In this document: positions 1 to 8,488 of the stretch, piece by piece
Layout of the letters: the number at the start of each line of letters is the position of its first letter
How positions within the stretch are numbered: the stretch's first letter is position 1
Origin: an uncultured virus (IMG/VR IMGVR_UViG_3300005527_000058)
Lineage: Duplodnaviria; Heunggongvirae; Uroviricota; Caudoviricetes
Length of the DNA: 20,000 bases
Virus record (IMG/VR): IMGVR_UViG_3300005527_000058
Coordinates: 53,793-73,792 of that record
Direction: 5' to 3' (one strand)
Program-made: the position numbers and the translations under genes
Notes under the pieces: model-generated
Told to the model about the DNA's origin: nothing
What the model saw: the letters and a program-made list of their open reading frames with translations, nothing else
Databases searched by the model: none

Positions 1-756
1 AGAAAAATCTAAATCATTGGTAATGTTAGTTTCTTTACCAAAATACCATAAGTTCCATAATACTGACCACATCTCAGCGGTCCAAAACTGAATCTCACCA
101 GGACTTATAGGGAATCTCTTTTGATAATTTAACATTTGGTCATATAATGGAACACAATCGTCATATATTTTTTTCCAAATTTCTGAATCAGTGTTTTTTA
201 TTATATATTGTCCTCCACCTGAATTAAGTTGATTACATTTAACACATTCAACGTCAATCCCAACAATATCAACCATTTCTTGAATTAACTGACCTTTTTC
301 GGAATTTGGGTGTTGTTTCTCATACCGTTCACAACAATCCATAATATAATTGTACCCAATATAACCTACAGTATCGGAAAGATAAATTACATCATCTCCC
401 ATTAATTTATCAAAGTCGGGTAACTCTCTAAAAATAATGTCAGCATCATGCAGAAAAAAAGATTTACCATATTCAGGATATTCTTCTAGCCATTTATAAA
501 TTAAAAACGGTTTAATGTTAGGGATATAATGTTTTTTTTCTCTCTCATCAACATAATGATGAACATTTATACCCATATCTTTTAAACGTAATGATTCTTC
601 ACTAGGTTCTTTTTTTCCGTGAACCATCGCTAAAAGAACGTGAATGTTATTTGGATTTATACCCTTTTCAATAAAATTATGTACGTAGACTTTTATTTGC
701 CAATGAAAATATGGAACATCAGGTTGTGCTGAAACAAATTTTAAATTATTAACCAT
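1..756 (-). CDS. GT-A fold glycosyltransferase resembling peptidyl-serine alpha-galactosyltransferase (GT96) / Hyp O-arabinosyltransferase (GT95); 3' end beyond window
   Basis: Hand translation from ATG at 756 gives 252 open codons to base 1: MVNNLKFVSAQPDVPYFHWQIKVYVHNF...HYIPNIKPFLIYKWLEEY...FFLHDADIIFRELPDF...NSGGGQYIIK...EIQFWTAEMWSVLWNLW...DLDFS. DxD (D104-A-D106) follows a hydrophobic strand. YFHWQ, YIPNIKP and WTAEMW occur in the same order as the YFDWQ, YPAINKP and WISEMY motifs I recall from plant SGT1. Confidence 0.8.
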   Translation of the reverse strand, partial: MVNNLKFVSAQPDVPYFHWQIKVYVHNFIEKGINPNNIHVLLAMVHGKKEPSEESLRLKDMGINVHHYVDEREKKHYIPNIKPFLIYKWLEEYPEYGKSFFLHDADIIFRELPDFDKLMGDDVIYLSDTVGYIGYNYIMDCCERYEKQHPNSEKGQLIQEMVDIVGIDVECVKCNQLNSGGGQYIIKNTDSEIWKKIYDDCVPLYDQMLNYQKRFPISPGEIQFWTAEMWSVLWNLWYFGKETNITNDLDFS

Positions 757-760
757 ATAG

Positions 761-790
761 GAAATATAATTCAGAAGTTTTTCTTATCAA
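761..790 (-). promoter_or_regulatory. Putative Bacteroidota-type housekeeping promoter (-33 TTG, 19-nt spacer, -7 TAnnTTT[G>C])
   Basis: Minus strand reads TTG(790-788)-ATAAGAAAAACTTCTGAAT (19 nt)-TATATTTC(768-761)-CTAT-ATG. This matches TTG-N19-TAnnTTTG except at the last base. It can also be read as sigma70-like TTGATA-N16-TATATT. Confidence 0.45.
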
Positions 791-799
791 CAATTTATT

Positions 800-1306
800 T
801 TAAGTGATGTAATTAAAATTGACGTATGATGTACCTTCAAAAGTTTCACCCATTATTAATACCATTATGTTTTTAATACAACACATAAATTCCGCCTCCA
901 TTGTTTGATATTCTTCGGCTATCGTTAAATCAAAACTACCATCCCCATAATCCACAGTGTAATTATAAGAAACCATAGTACCTCCACTTGTTGGTAAATT
1001 AATACTTTCATTTTGAACCCCTGTTTGTGGTGAACATTGCATCATGTTAAAAAACACTTGGAATTTTTTATGGTAATCAATGAAACATCCCTCCCAAAAA
1101 TCTTGGTATATTTTTTCTTGGTATACCTCACCACAAGTTTCACCTGAAGTACATGGTGTTGCAGCGTTTATAAATTGTTTTAATGCTTGGATGAATGCGT
1201 TTTTTGAATTATTAGCATATAAATATATATCCCCCCAAGTAGTACAATCAGACTCAGTAGTACCAGTCCCAATAATATTTCCGTTTAGATAATCACAAAT
1301 ATCCAT
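800..1306 (-). CDS. Hypothetical Cys-rich protein (168 aa, 8 Cys), probably fibre-associated (tip or chaperone)
   Basis: ATG start 11 nt after the stop of the SprB-repeat gene on the same strand; acidic and Cys-rich like the fibre C-terminus; no recognisable family. Confidence 0.7.
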   Translation of the reverse strand: MDICDYLNGNIIGTGTTESDCTTWGDIYLYANNSKNAFIQALKQFINAATPCTSGETCGEVYQEKIYQDFWEGCFIDYHKKFQVFFNMMQCSPQTGVQNESINLPTSGGTMVSYNYTVDYGDGSFDLTIAEEYQTMEAEFMCCIKNIMVLIMGETFEGTSYVNFNYIT

Positions 1307-1317
1307 ATAAATTATAT

Positions 1318-4194
1318 TTAACTATTATATTTAAAAATTTGGTATAATGGGATATGAAATGACGACCAAGTAAAAGACCTCCAAACCAACATAAGTTGGT
1401 TTAATGATAAAAGATAATAATCTCTTTGAGCTCTTTGTACCGCAGCACAATCTTCAATATCAGGATAACCTATTATTGGTGAACTTTCATTAATCCACGT
1501 ATTTGTATTAGGGTCCCATTTATAAAAAACACCATCGTCTATAACAAAACAAAATTCACCAAAATTACCTGTTAATGGTAAATCACCATATGATTGGACT
1601 TCAGTTAACCATACGATATCAAAGTCATATTGAGGCCCAACTAAACCATTTTCCTCAAATATTTTTTTACAACTACATCCTTGTATTACCTTGAATTGCG
1701 TCCACCCAACATTTTCAGGCCCATTGTAAAAATAATCACCCTCGTATCTAGATGGTGGTAATACAACAGGAATGGATTGGGCATAACTAATTCTACCCAC
1801 TGAAAGGGCTAAAAGATAATTATTTATATAAGACAAATAGGCATTTCTAGCATTTCTAAACTCAATTTGTTTACTCTCAATAACACCGCAATCAGGATAA
1901 TTTGGTAACTCTTGACATCTAGTAGGTATAATATCCAAATTGTCTAATAAATCAATTCCAAATAAAGGCCATTTAATATCATAGATTACTTTAGTTTCTT
2001 CGGTTTCACAATACTCTTCAGTTATTTCACAATTAATAGGGGTAAATTCAGGTACGGGACAATAACAAGCGACACACGAAATATCGTAATGAATTATCAT
2101 ATTAATTATAATATTAGCATCATTTAATGAAATTTCGGAATTACAATCAGTTAAAATAGTCATTTGATTAGTTTCAATATCAAAAATAACAGAACCAATA
2201 CCATCATACCCTAATATTAAACTTCCAATAACATCATTCCATTGTTGGGTAGTTGGGTAATCATTTAAAGTTTCTCCCGTAAAAAATGTTTGGGTTGTGG
2301 TAACTCCGCTAACTGTAACGGATGCTTCAAATATAGCCTGATTCAAAATACAATTTGTATCCCCCGAACTTAAACTATAAAACCCATCAAGTAACATCTG
2401 TTTAGGTCCTTTTAAAATTATTTCACCATAATTTAATAAGTCAGAATCACAAACGCTATAAACTTGATAAGATGATAATAAAACATTACCATTAACTATA
2501 ACTTCCGTAGTTGACTCACACCCATTGTCATCAACAACAGTCAATGAGTAGGTTCCAGCACTTAACCCCGTTATAGTTGACCCTGTTTGTCCGCTAGCGT
2601 TTGGGCTCCAAGTTAATGTGAATGGTGGTTCTCCACTAGTTATTAACGCTGTTACTGAACCATTATTACCCCCTAAAGCATCGGTCGGTACTAAAATAAA
2701 ATCAACATCACTTGATGTTGCCACATTTGCCGATATTGTTTGGGTACACCCATTATCATCCACAACATTTATACTATGTAATCCTGATGTTAGATTAGTA
2801 AAAGTTACCGAACTTAAAGGACTAATAACAATTTCACTACCATCTAAAGTATATGTGTAAGAAGGTGTTCCTCCTGAAACTTCAACAGTTATTATCCCAT
2901 TATCATCACCACAAGTAGTACCTGTAACACTTGTTGACAAAATAAACGCATTATCATTCTCAATTGTGAAGGTATTACTATATTCACAAGGACCATCGTC
3001 AGATATTGTTAAAGTATATTCACCGTAGAATAAATTATTAAAGGTCCAAGTTGAACTATTTGTTGTTTGCGTTGTAGTTGGCCCACCTGTTTCACTTAAA
3101 GTGTAGTTGTAAGGTGGTGACCCTCCATTCAATACTATCGTGACATATCCAGATGCCCCACATACCGTTGGAGAATACGAAAACGATACAACCGAAAATC
3201 CTCCTGGAGTTGTGACCGTTATTGTTGCACTTGTAGTACAAAGTCCCGCATCAGTCACTAATATACTATAATTCCCACTAGATACATTAGTAAATGTGTA
3301 TTCAGTGTCAAATGTAAAGTAATTACCTAATGTTGAGGCGGAGAAGTTATACGGTGAAGTACCGCCCGTAACAATAACAGTAATTTCACCATCCGAAGAA
3401 TAACAAGATGGGTCTGTTGTTAAAATAGACGCAATACCTACACTAGGTACTTCTGAAACTGAAGTTACTTTATTAACCGCACACCCTGTACTATCAGTTA
3501 CCGTAACATTATAAAACCCTGCGGTTAATCCACTAATACTTGATGTTGTTTGACCATTAGACCATAAATAAGTGTACGGAGGATTACCCGTTAACCCTGT
3601 TATAAATATTTTACCTGAATTAACCGCACATCCCGCATCATTAACAACATAAAAACCAAAATCTATGGTACTTGAGTCTTTAATTATAACAGATTCACTT
3701 TGACCTGTACAACCACCACCATCATTAGCAATTACATAATATGTACTTGCGGATAAATTAGTAAACTGATAAGAATTACCAGCGGTTGATGCTGACATTA
3801 TAAAACCATAAACAGAATCATACAATGAAAAAGTTGCTGTCCCATAATACCCACTTGTAACAGCACTTAAAGAACCATTATTCTCACCACATAAAGTATC
3901 TTCAAACGATTCAATAGATACACAAGTCCCACTTGATATATAAACATTAACAGGAACTACTGTATTAGGTTCACAACTATCTATAATATTAAATGTGTAA
4001 GTCGCGGCAGATAATCCACTCTCACTATATGTTGTAACCCCAGGTCCTAAAGCAATTGTACCATAAGATGCAGGACTAATCCATTGTATTGTATAATCAG
4101 GTGCCGTACCAAGAATACTAAGTTCAAAAGTCCCAACATTTATATTAGAACAATCACCTGTTATATTTAAACTATATGATAAAGGACAAGACAT
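1318..4194 (-). CDS. SprB-repeat tail fibre/adhesin-like structural protein (958 aa)
   Basis: Seven ~80-aa repeats with consensus C..xxG.I.V..GGxxPY.Y.W/L....F/I.xL.xG.Y.V.V.D.xGC (e.g. GNPPYTYLWSNGQTTSSISGLTAGFYNVTVTDSTGC). Then a ~95-aa domain shared with the upstream gene, a Cys cluster, and a fibre-type motif GDLPLTGNFGEFCFVIDDGVFYKWDPNTNTW. No signal peptide. Start overlaps the upstream stop (TAATG). Confidence 0.8.
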   Translation of the reverse strand: MSCPLSYSLNITGDCSNINVGTFELSILGTAPDYTIQWISPASYGTIALGPGVTTYSESGLSAATYTFNIIDSCEPNTVVPVNVYISSGTCVSIESFEDTLCGENNGSLSAVTSGYYGTATFSLYDSVYGFIMSASTAGNSYQFTNLSASTYYVIANDGGGCTGQSESVIIKDSSTIDFGFYVVNDAGCAVNSGKIFITGLTGNPPYTYLWSNGQTTSSISGLTAGFYNVTVTDSTGCAVNKVTSVSEVPSVGIASILTTDPSCYSSDGEITVIVTGGTSPYNFSASTLGNYFTFDTEYTFTNVSSGNYSILVTDAGLCTTSATITVTTPGGFSVVSFSYSPTVCGASGYVTIVLNGGSPPYNYTLSETGGPTTTQTTNSSTWTFNNLFYGEYTLTISDDGPCEYSNTFTIENDNAFILSTSVTGTTCGDDNGIITVEVSGGTPSYTYTLDGSEIVISPLSSVTFTNLTSGLHSINVVDDNGCTQTISANVATSSDVDFILVPTDALGGNNGSVTALITSGEPPFTLTWSPNASGQTGSTITGLSAGTYSLTVVDDNGCESTTEVIVNGNVLLSSYQVYSVCDSDLLNYGEIILKGPKQMLLDGFYSLSSGDTNCILNQAIFEASVTVSGVTTTQTFFTGETLNDYPTTQQWNDVIGSLILGYDGIGSVIFDIETNQMTILTDCNSEISLNDANIIINMIIHYDISCVACYCPVPEFTPINCEITEEYCETEETKVIYDIKWPLFGIDLLDNLDIIPTRCQELPNYPDCGVIESKQIEFRNARNAYLSYINNYLLALSVGRISYAQSIPVVLPPSRYEGDYFYNGPENVGWTQFKVIQGCSCKKIFEENGLVGPQYDFDIVWLTEVQSYGDLPLTGNFGEFCFVIDDGVFYKWDPNTNTWINESSPIIGYPDIEDCAAVQRAQRDYYLLSLNQLMLVWRSFTWSSFHIPLYQIFKYNS
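2488..4194 (-). repeat. Seven tandem, diverged SprB-type protein repeats (protein-level only)
   Basis: Repeat ends: IIDSC, ANDGGGC, VTDSTGC, VTDAGLC, ISDDGPC, VVDDNGC, VVDDNGC, each preceded by a G/N-L/V-x-x-G/A/S-x-Y/H strand. Confidence 0.85.
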
Positions 4195-7100
4195 TAATTA
4201 CATAATATATTAAAATTTATTCCGACATTAATTTTTAAATTAACACCATCATCATCTTCAGAACAAATATTATTAAATACAACAACAGTATCTTCAGTTG
4301 TAAAATAATAATCATATCCATAGATTTTTAAAGATTCTAATGAATCAGTTAATCCTGATAACCAAGCCGTAGTTGTAGTCGGATAACTAATATTAGGTAC
4401 TGTTAATCCCACCCCATTAAAGAATGGTGTTTGAACAATTACCACATCATTTATTCTAATATCAACAAACCAACTTGAGTTTAATGAATTTATTAAACAA
4501 TCATTTAATGTATAACCGTTGGCGGTCAAATATTGATTTAATAAATAAGCCAAAACACCACTAAATTGTTGTATTTGTGGATTTGTATCCCAAGGATAAA
4601 CAGGACATTCAGTAGATTGTACAGGACAATCAACAGGAAATATATTTGTCGTTAATTCACAAGGTTTACAAGGTACAGGAATGATTTCACATCCTCTTTG
4701 TCTTCTCCATACAAATTTTTGTCTATGGAAGATTGAATTCTCATATTTAACACCTGTATTCCATATGGTTGTCGCAGGTATCATTTGTTCAACAAGTCTA
4801 ATCCAATAATCACCAAGACCATTGACATATTCTATCATTGTTTTGTATGAAAAATTATCGTTCTTTACACCAATTCTGCCTTCAGATTCTAAATACCTCC
4901 AAAAAATAGAACCTAATGTTGGGTAACCTCCAGTTCTAGTTGAGTTGAATTGTCTATCTCTAACATTAATGGTATTAGTCCAAAAAGTTTGAGCGAACTC
5001 AAAAAATGTTTGTATTTTTGGCTGTGGATTTATTTCGGTCCAATCAATACCTCCTTTATTAGGGTAAATGTTTATCGGTGAAACAGTGTAAAATTGCGTT
5101 GGTAATACCGTTTCACTTGTACCCGAAATGAATGACGGTACAACACTAAGTCCATATGAAATTTCACTAGGATTTGCATTTATATTTGTAAACGTACTGG
5201 TCAATGTTAACCCACTATAATCATCAGGTAATATTACATTAGTAACACCTGTTGTACTACCCGCCGAAATTGTTATACCTGTAGTTACACTTACGTCACC
5301 ACTTATTGTACCTAAAACATTTGTAAAATTAAATGTTATATCAAACAATGGTGGTATGATAGTAGAAGCACTATAAGTTATATCAACAGAACCTGGTTGG
5401 TATATTGAGCTAATACTGTAAAATTGACTAATTTGTGGTACATAATTTAACCCTTCATTAGGTATTGGGAAATTATATTGTCTTGACATATACCATATGT
5501 CGTATGCGATTCCTTGGGCAGGATTTAAAAATAAATCAACGTTTTTAACATTTAATACTAACTTATCATCACTAGTAAAATATCTTGCATTATAATTACC
5601 ATCTAAATTACTTCTTAAACCAATTTCTCTATCAGTCCAACTTTTATTATTATCAATAGTTGGTCTTAATCTAAACCCGATATCCATGAACGGAAACTCA
5701 CGGAATCTATTTAAATAAACTTGTCCATATGAATACGGTTCTAAAACCGTTTGGTAATTAGGGTTGGACCCAGTAAACACGCTATTAGTTAAATCAACTT
5801 GTTCTAACGCCCTGTGTTGAGGTGTTTGTTCAAACCATCCACTACCTATTTGGAAAAAATAATCTTCCGTATCTTCAGGTGCCGATGGGAAACCGTTATC
5901 ATCTATCGGATATTCTTCTCTACCAATATTAACATCTTGCAACGTGACTTGAGTTGTGAACCCTGTATACGTAACCCCCATTATAGAGTACAAATAACTT
6001 GGGTCTAATGCTGGCGTATTTTGAACATACGTACCTCCCGATATTTGAGCATAGTATGAATCAAACTGAGTCATATTAATTTTTTGGTCTGCTAAATACA
6101 CATACTCATTAAATTCAACCAACGCTTCAGGTGCACCAATTAGTGTTAATAAAGTTTCAATTGATTTTCTAGTACCTTTGGATTTAAATAGGTAAGCCGA
6201 ATTTAAAACTAAGTTTCTATAATATTGATAGTTTAATTCATCAGGTGTCATTACACTATCAACACCACTAAATGCCGACTTATCAGTATTTTTTTGACCA
6301 AAAACAGAATTTAATAATTCCTCATTAGATATTGGTGAGATATTTGTTCTCCATCCTAATGTTTGTGCTAAATTTTTTAAAAGTTGTGACGGTATGTCAT
6401 TACCAACATTGTAATTAACAGAATTAATATATGCTAACGCATCAATAAACTTTTTTGTTTCATCAAAACTTCTACCATAAATTTGTAGTACTTTCTCAAC
6501 TTTTCTACCAATGGTATCAAACTCATTGAAGGCCCCTGTGGTTAAGAACCGTGAAATTAAATTTGTCTTATATTCGTCAAATGATATACTTACCTCGTTT
6601 AATTTATTTAAGTAATTAGTGAATGCCCCCGTTATGATATCTAAGTTCCACTTACCTAATAAAGGCCAAGTTAAATTTTGATACTCGGTATAATATGTTC
6701 CATCATCACCTACTTTAGGTATCTTGAATGTTGCAGTATATTTTGGGTTTACATTTCTATTCAGTAAAAAATCTTCAACCTCATCTAACGATTCATTTAA
6801 AACTTTATTAACTTCTAAATCATTAGGTCTAATAATTAAAGTTTGATTGGTGGTTGATTCACCCGAAAATGGGTTACCCTCAACAACAATAGTTAATATC
6901 CCAGATGTCAATGATGTTGTTGATACAATTCTTTTTACGGAATACCCGTTATCGTTAAGATACAATGAATACTTACCATATTGAGTTGTCATATTCCTTA
7001 ACTCGGAAACTTCAACTTCATTTAGTTCCATATTCCTTGTGGCGTTAACACTAAAATCAACACCAAATGGGTTACTTATTTTTGAAATTGATAAATCAAA

Positions 7101-7550
7101 ACTAGTTTCATCAAATTGAGGGTTATATATTATATTAGTAGCACTTGGTCCTGTAGTATAATCTTTACCTAAAAAATTAGACTCTATAGCTCCAGGGAAA
7201 TAATTAATGATTTTTTCCACAGAAACTGACATTCTTTTAACCATTGACCCATATAGTGTGAAATTAGTAATCTGAGATAAATCAAAATTTGGATATACTT
7301 TAAAATTGTTTTCAAATAAAGCTTTAGATTCATCAATACTATTCACACCTAACCCTTCTAAATTGATGGGGTTGGAGAAAACTCCTGTGTTAAAATTTCT
7401 ATTAACTTTTTCCGTAACCGATGTTGTGAACTCAAAATTACCTTGAGTTAACCCACCACCTTGCACTAACTGAAATCCAACTAATTCATCGGAAAATGTT
7501 CCCGCTCCTGACGCTTTTTGTGGTGGGCAAGTATATTTTTTAATCGCCAT
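4194..7550 (-). CDS. Baseplate wedge/tail protein with P2 gpI / T4 gp7-like segment (1118 aa)
   Basis: DIPSQLLKNLAQTLGW...YYRNLVLNSAYLFKSKGTRKSIETLLTLIG (about 6135-6401) fits the 'L..LA...G ... KGT..I' pattern of gpI-like wedge proteins; IEQMIPA-like RLVEQMIPATT near the C-terminus; baseplate context; TAATG coupling at both ends. Confidence 0.7.
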   Translation of the reverse strand: MAIKKYTCPPQKASGAGTFSDELVGFQLVQGGGLTQGNFEFTTSVTEKVNRNFNTGVFSNPINLEGLGVNSIDESKALFENNFKVYPNFDLSQITNFTLYGSMVKRMSVSVEKIINYFPGAIESNFLGKDYTTGPSATNIIYNPQFDETSFDLSISKISNPFGVDFSVNATRNMELNEVEVSELRNMTTQYGKYSLYLNDNGYSVKRIVSTTSLTSGILTIVVEGNPFSGESTTNQTLIIRPNDLEVNKVLNESLDEVEDFLLNRNVNPKYTATFKIPKVGDDGTYYTEYQNLTWPLLGKWNLDIITGAFTNYLNKLNEVSISFDEYKTNLISRFLTTGAFNEFDTIGRKVEKVLQIYGRSFDETKKFIDALAYINSVNYNVGNDIPSQLLKNLAQTLGWRTNISPISNEELLNSVFGQKNTDKSAFSGVDSVMTPDELNYQYYRNLVLNSAYLFKSKGTRKSIETLLTLIGAPEALVEFNEYVYLADQKINMTQFDSYYAQISGGTYVQNTPALDPSYLYSIMGVTYTGFTTQVTLQDVNIGREEYPIDDNGFPSAPEDTEDYFFQIGSGWFEQTPQHRALEQVDLTNSVFTGSNPNYQTVLEPYSYGQVYLNRFREFPFMDIGFRLRPTIDNNKSWTDREIGLRSNLDGNYNARYFTSDDKLVLNVKNVDLFLNPAQGIAYDIWYMSRQYNFPIPNEGLNYVPQISQFYSISSIYQPGSVDITYSASTIIPPLFDITFNFTNVLGTISGDVSVTTGITISAGSTTGVTNVILPDDYSGLTLTSTFTNINANPSEISYGLSVVPSFISGTSETVLPTQFYTVSPINIYPNKGGIDWTEINPQPKIQTFFEFAQTFWTNTINVRDRQFNSTRTGGYPTLGSIFWRYLESEGRIGVKNDNFSYKTMIEYVNGLGDYWIRLVEQMIPATTIWNTGVKYENSIFHRQKFVWRRQRGCEIIPVPCKPCELTTNIFPVDCPVQSTECPVYPWDTNPQIQQFSGVLAYLLNQYLTANGYTLNDCLINSLNSSWFVDIRINDVVIVQTPFFNGVGLTVPNISYPTTTTAWLSGLTDSLESLKIYGYDYYFTTEDTVVVFNNICSEDDDGVNLKINVGINFNILCN

Positions 7551-8458
7551 TATTCAGTTATATTTGTAAAGTTTTTACTAAAATCAATGTTATTACCTCT
7601 ATCTTCTCTAACTTCATACAATAGGTTATTAAATTGGTCTCTAATTTCATAAAGATTGTATTGTTTGTAGATATTGTTATTACTGTCGTAAACAGTGTAA
7701 ATCCCGTCATCCATTGACTTAGTTTGGTTACCATAAAGAGCAATTGCCAATGTTGAGAAATCGTGTTCCGCCAATTCAATGTCTAAAGTTATTGGATTAA
7801 AAAATGTATTAGTTATAATAATATCTTGGTCAGGTTGCCCAATGTATGGAGTGGCATTTGGTTTATTTGTGGGTGCCGATGATGGTGATAAAGTGCAAAA
7901 TATTAAATTAGTATTACTATCGGTATATCTGTATCGTATCGCTTTTTGTGATGTATTTGTTAAATTTTGAACCACAGGCTCACAAAAGAATGATGAGGTA
8001 ATTAATCTAAAAAAATTAGGTACTTTTGTACCATCAGAATTTAAATACTCAACTCTAAAACCAACTAATCCTTGATTAACAAATTTATTTCTATAGTTAG
8101 TTGGAACCGCATTTAAATCAATTACTATACCTTTAACATTAGGTAGTGCGGATAAAACACCACAATCCAAAATTGTAGTTCTAATTTGAGCAGGTCTTAT
8201 ATAAAGGGTATATATACCTATTCTATTAAAGACATCGGAAGGTAATGTTAAATTATATAAACCCCCTAACAATTCAACATTAGCATTACCACCAGTGTCA
8301 GCATTATTAAAATACGGTTTAAGTATTGATGGTGCATCCAATTTTGTTAATAGAAAATTGTTTGTCTCATCTCTAGATGGGGTATAATTTAAAATTATCT
8401 CAACATCTTCAGGTGAAACATCTGCGGGTCTTATAGTACCGTAAACGCCAGTTGCCAT
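7550..8458 (-). CDS. Hypothetical phage structural protein (302 aa)
   Basis: Long ORF with A-rich leader (AAATAAAATG), stop overlapping the next start, beta-rich composition, inside the baseplate module. Confidence 0.75.
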   Translation of the reverse strand: MATGVYGTIRPADVSPEDVEIILNYTPSRDETNNFLLTKLDAPSILKPYFNNADTGGNANVELLGGLYNLTLPSDVFNRIGIYTLYIRPAQIRTTILDCGVLSALPNVKGIVIDLNAVPTNYRNKFVNQGLVGFRVEYLNSDGTKVPNFFRLITSSFFCEPVVQNLTNTSQKAIRYRYTDSNTNLIFCTLSPSSAPTNKPNATPYIGQPDQDIIITNTFFNPITLDIELAEHDFSTLAIALYGNQTKSMDDGIYTVYDSNNNIYKQYNLYEIRDQFNNLLYEVREDRGNNIDFSKNFTNITE

Positions 8459-8488
8459 TTTATTTAGTTATTAATTTATTATTTTTAT

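Noticed and set aside
1305..1317. Short A/T-only inverted repeats at start codons (ATATAAATTATAT; also ATTATA-TAAA-TATAAT at 19545-19560)
   Set aside because: Six-bp A/T stems are expected by chance at this composition and would be unstable.
2488..4194. CRISPR array, DGR target or nucleotide tandem repeat in the repeat region
   Set aside because: Repeats are highly diverged at DNA level; I saw no spacer-repeat pattern, template/variable repeat pair or reverse transcriptase.
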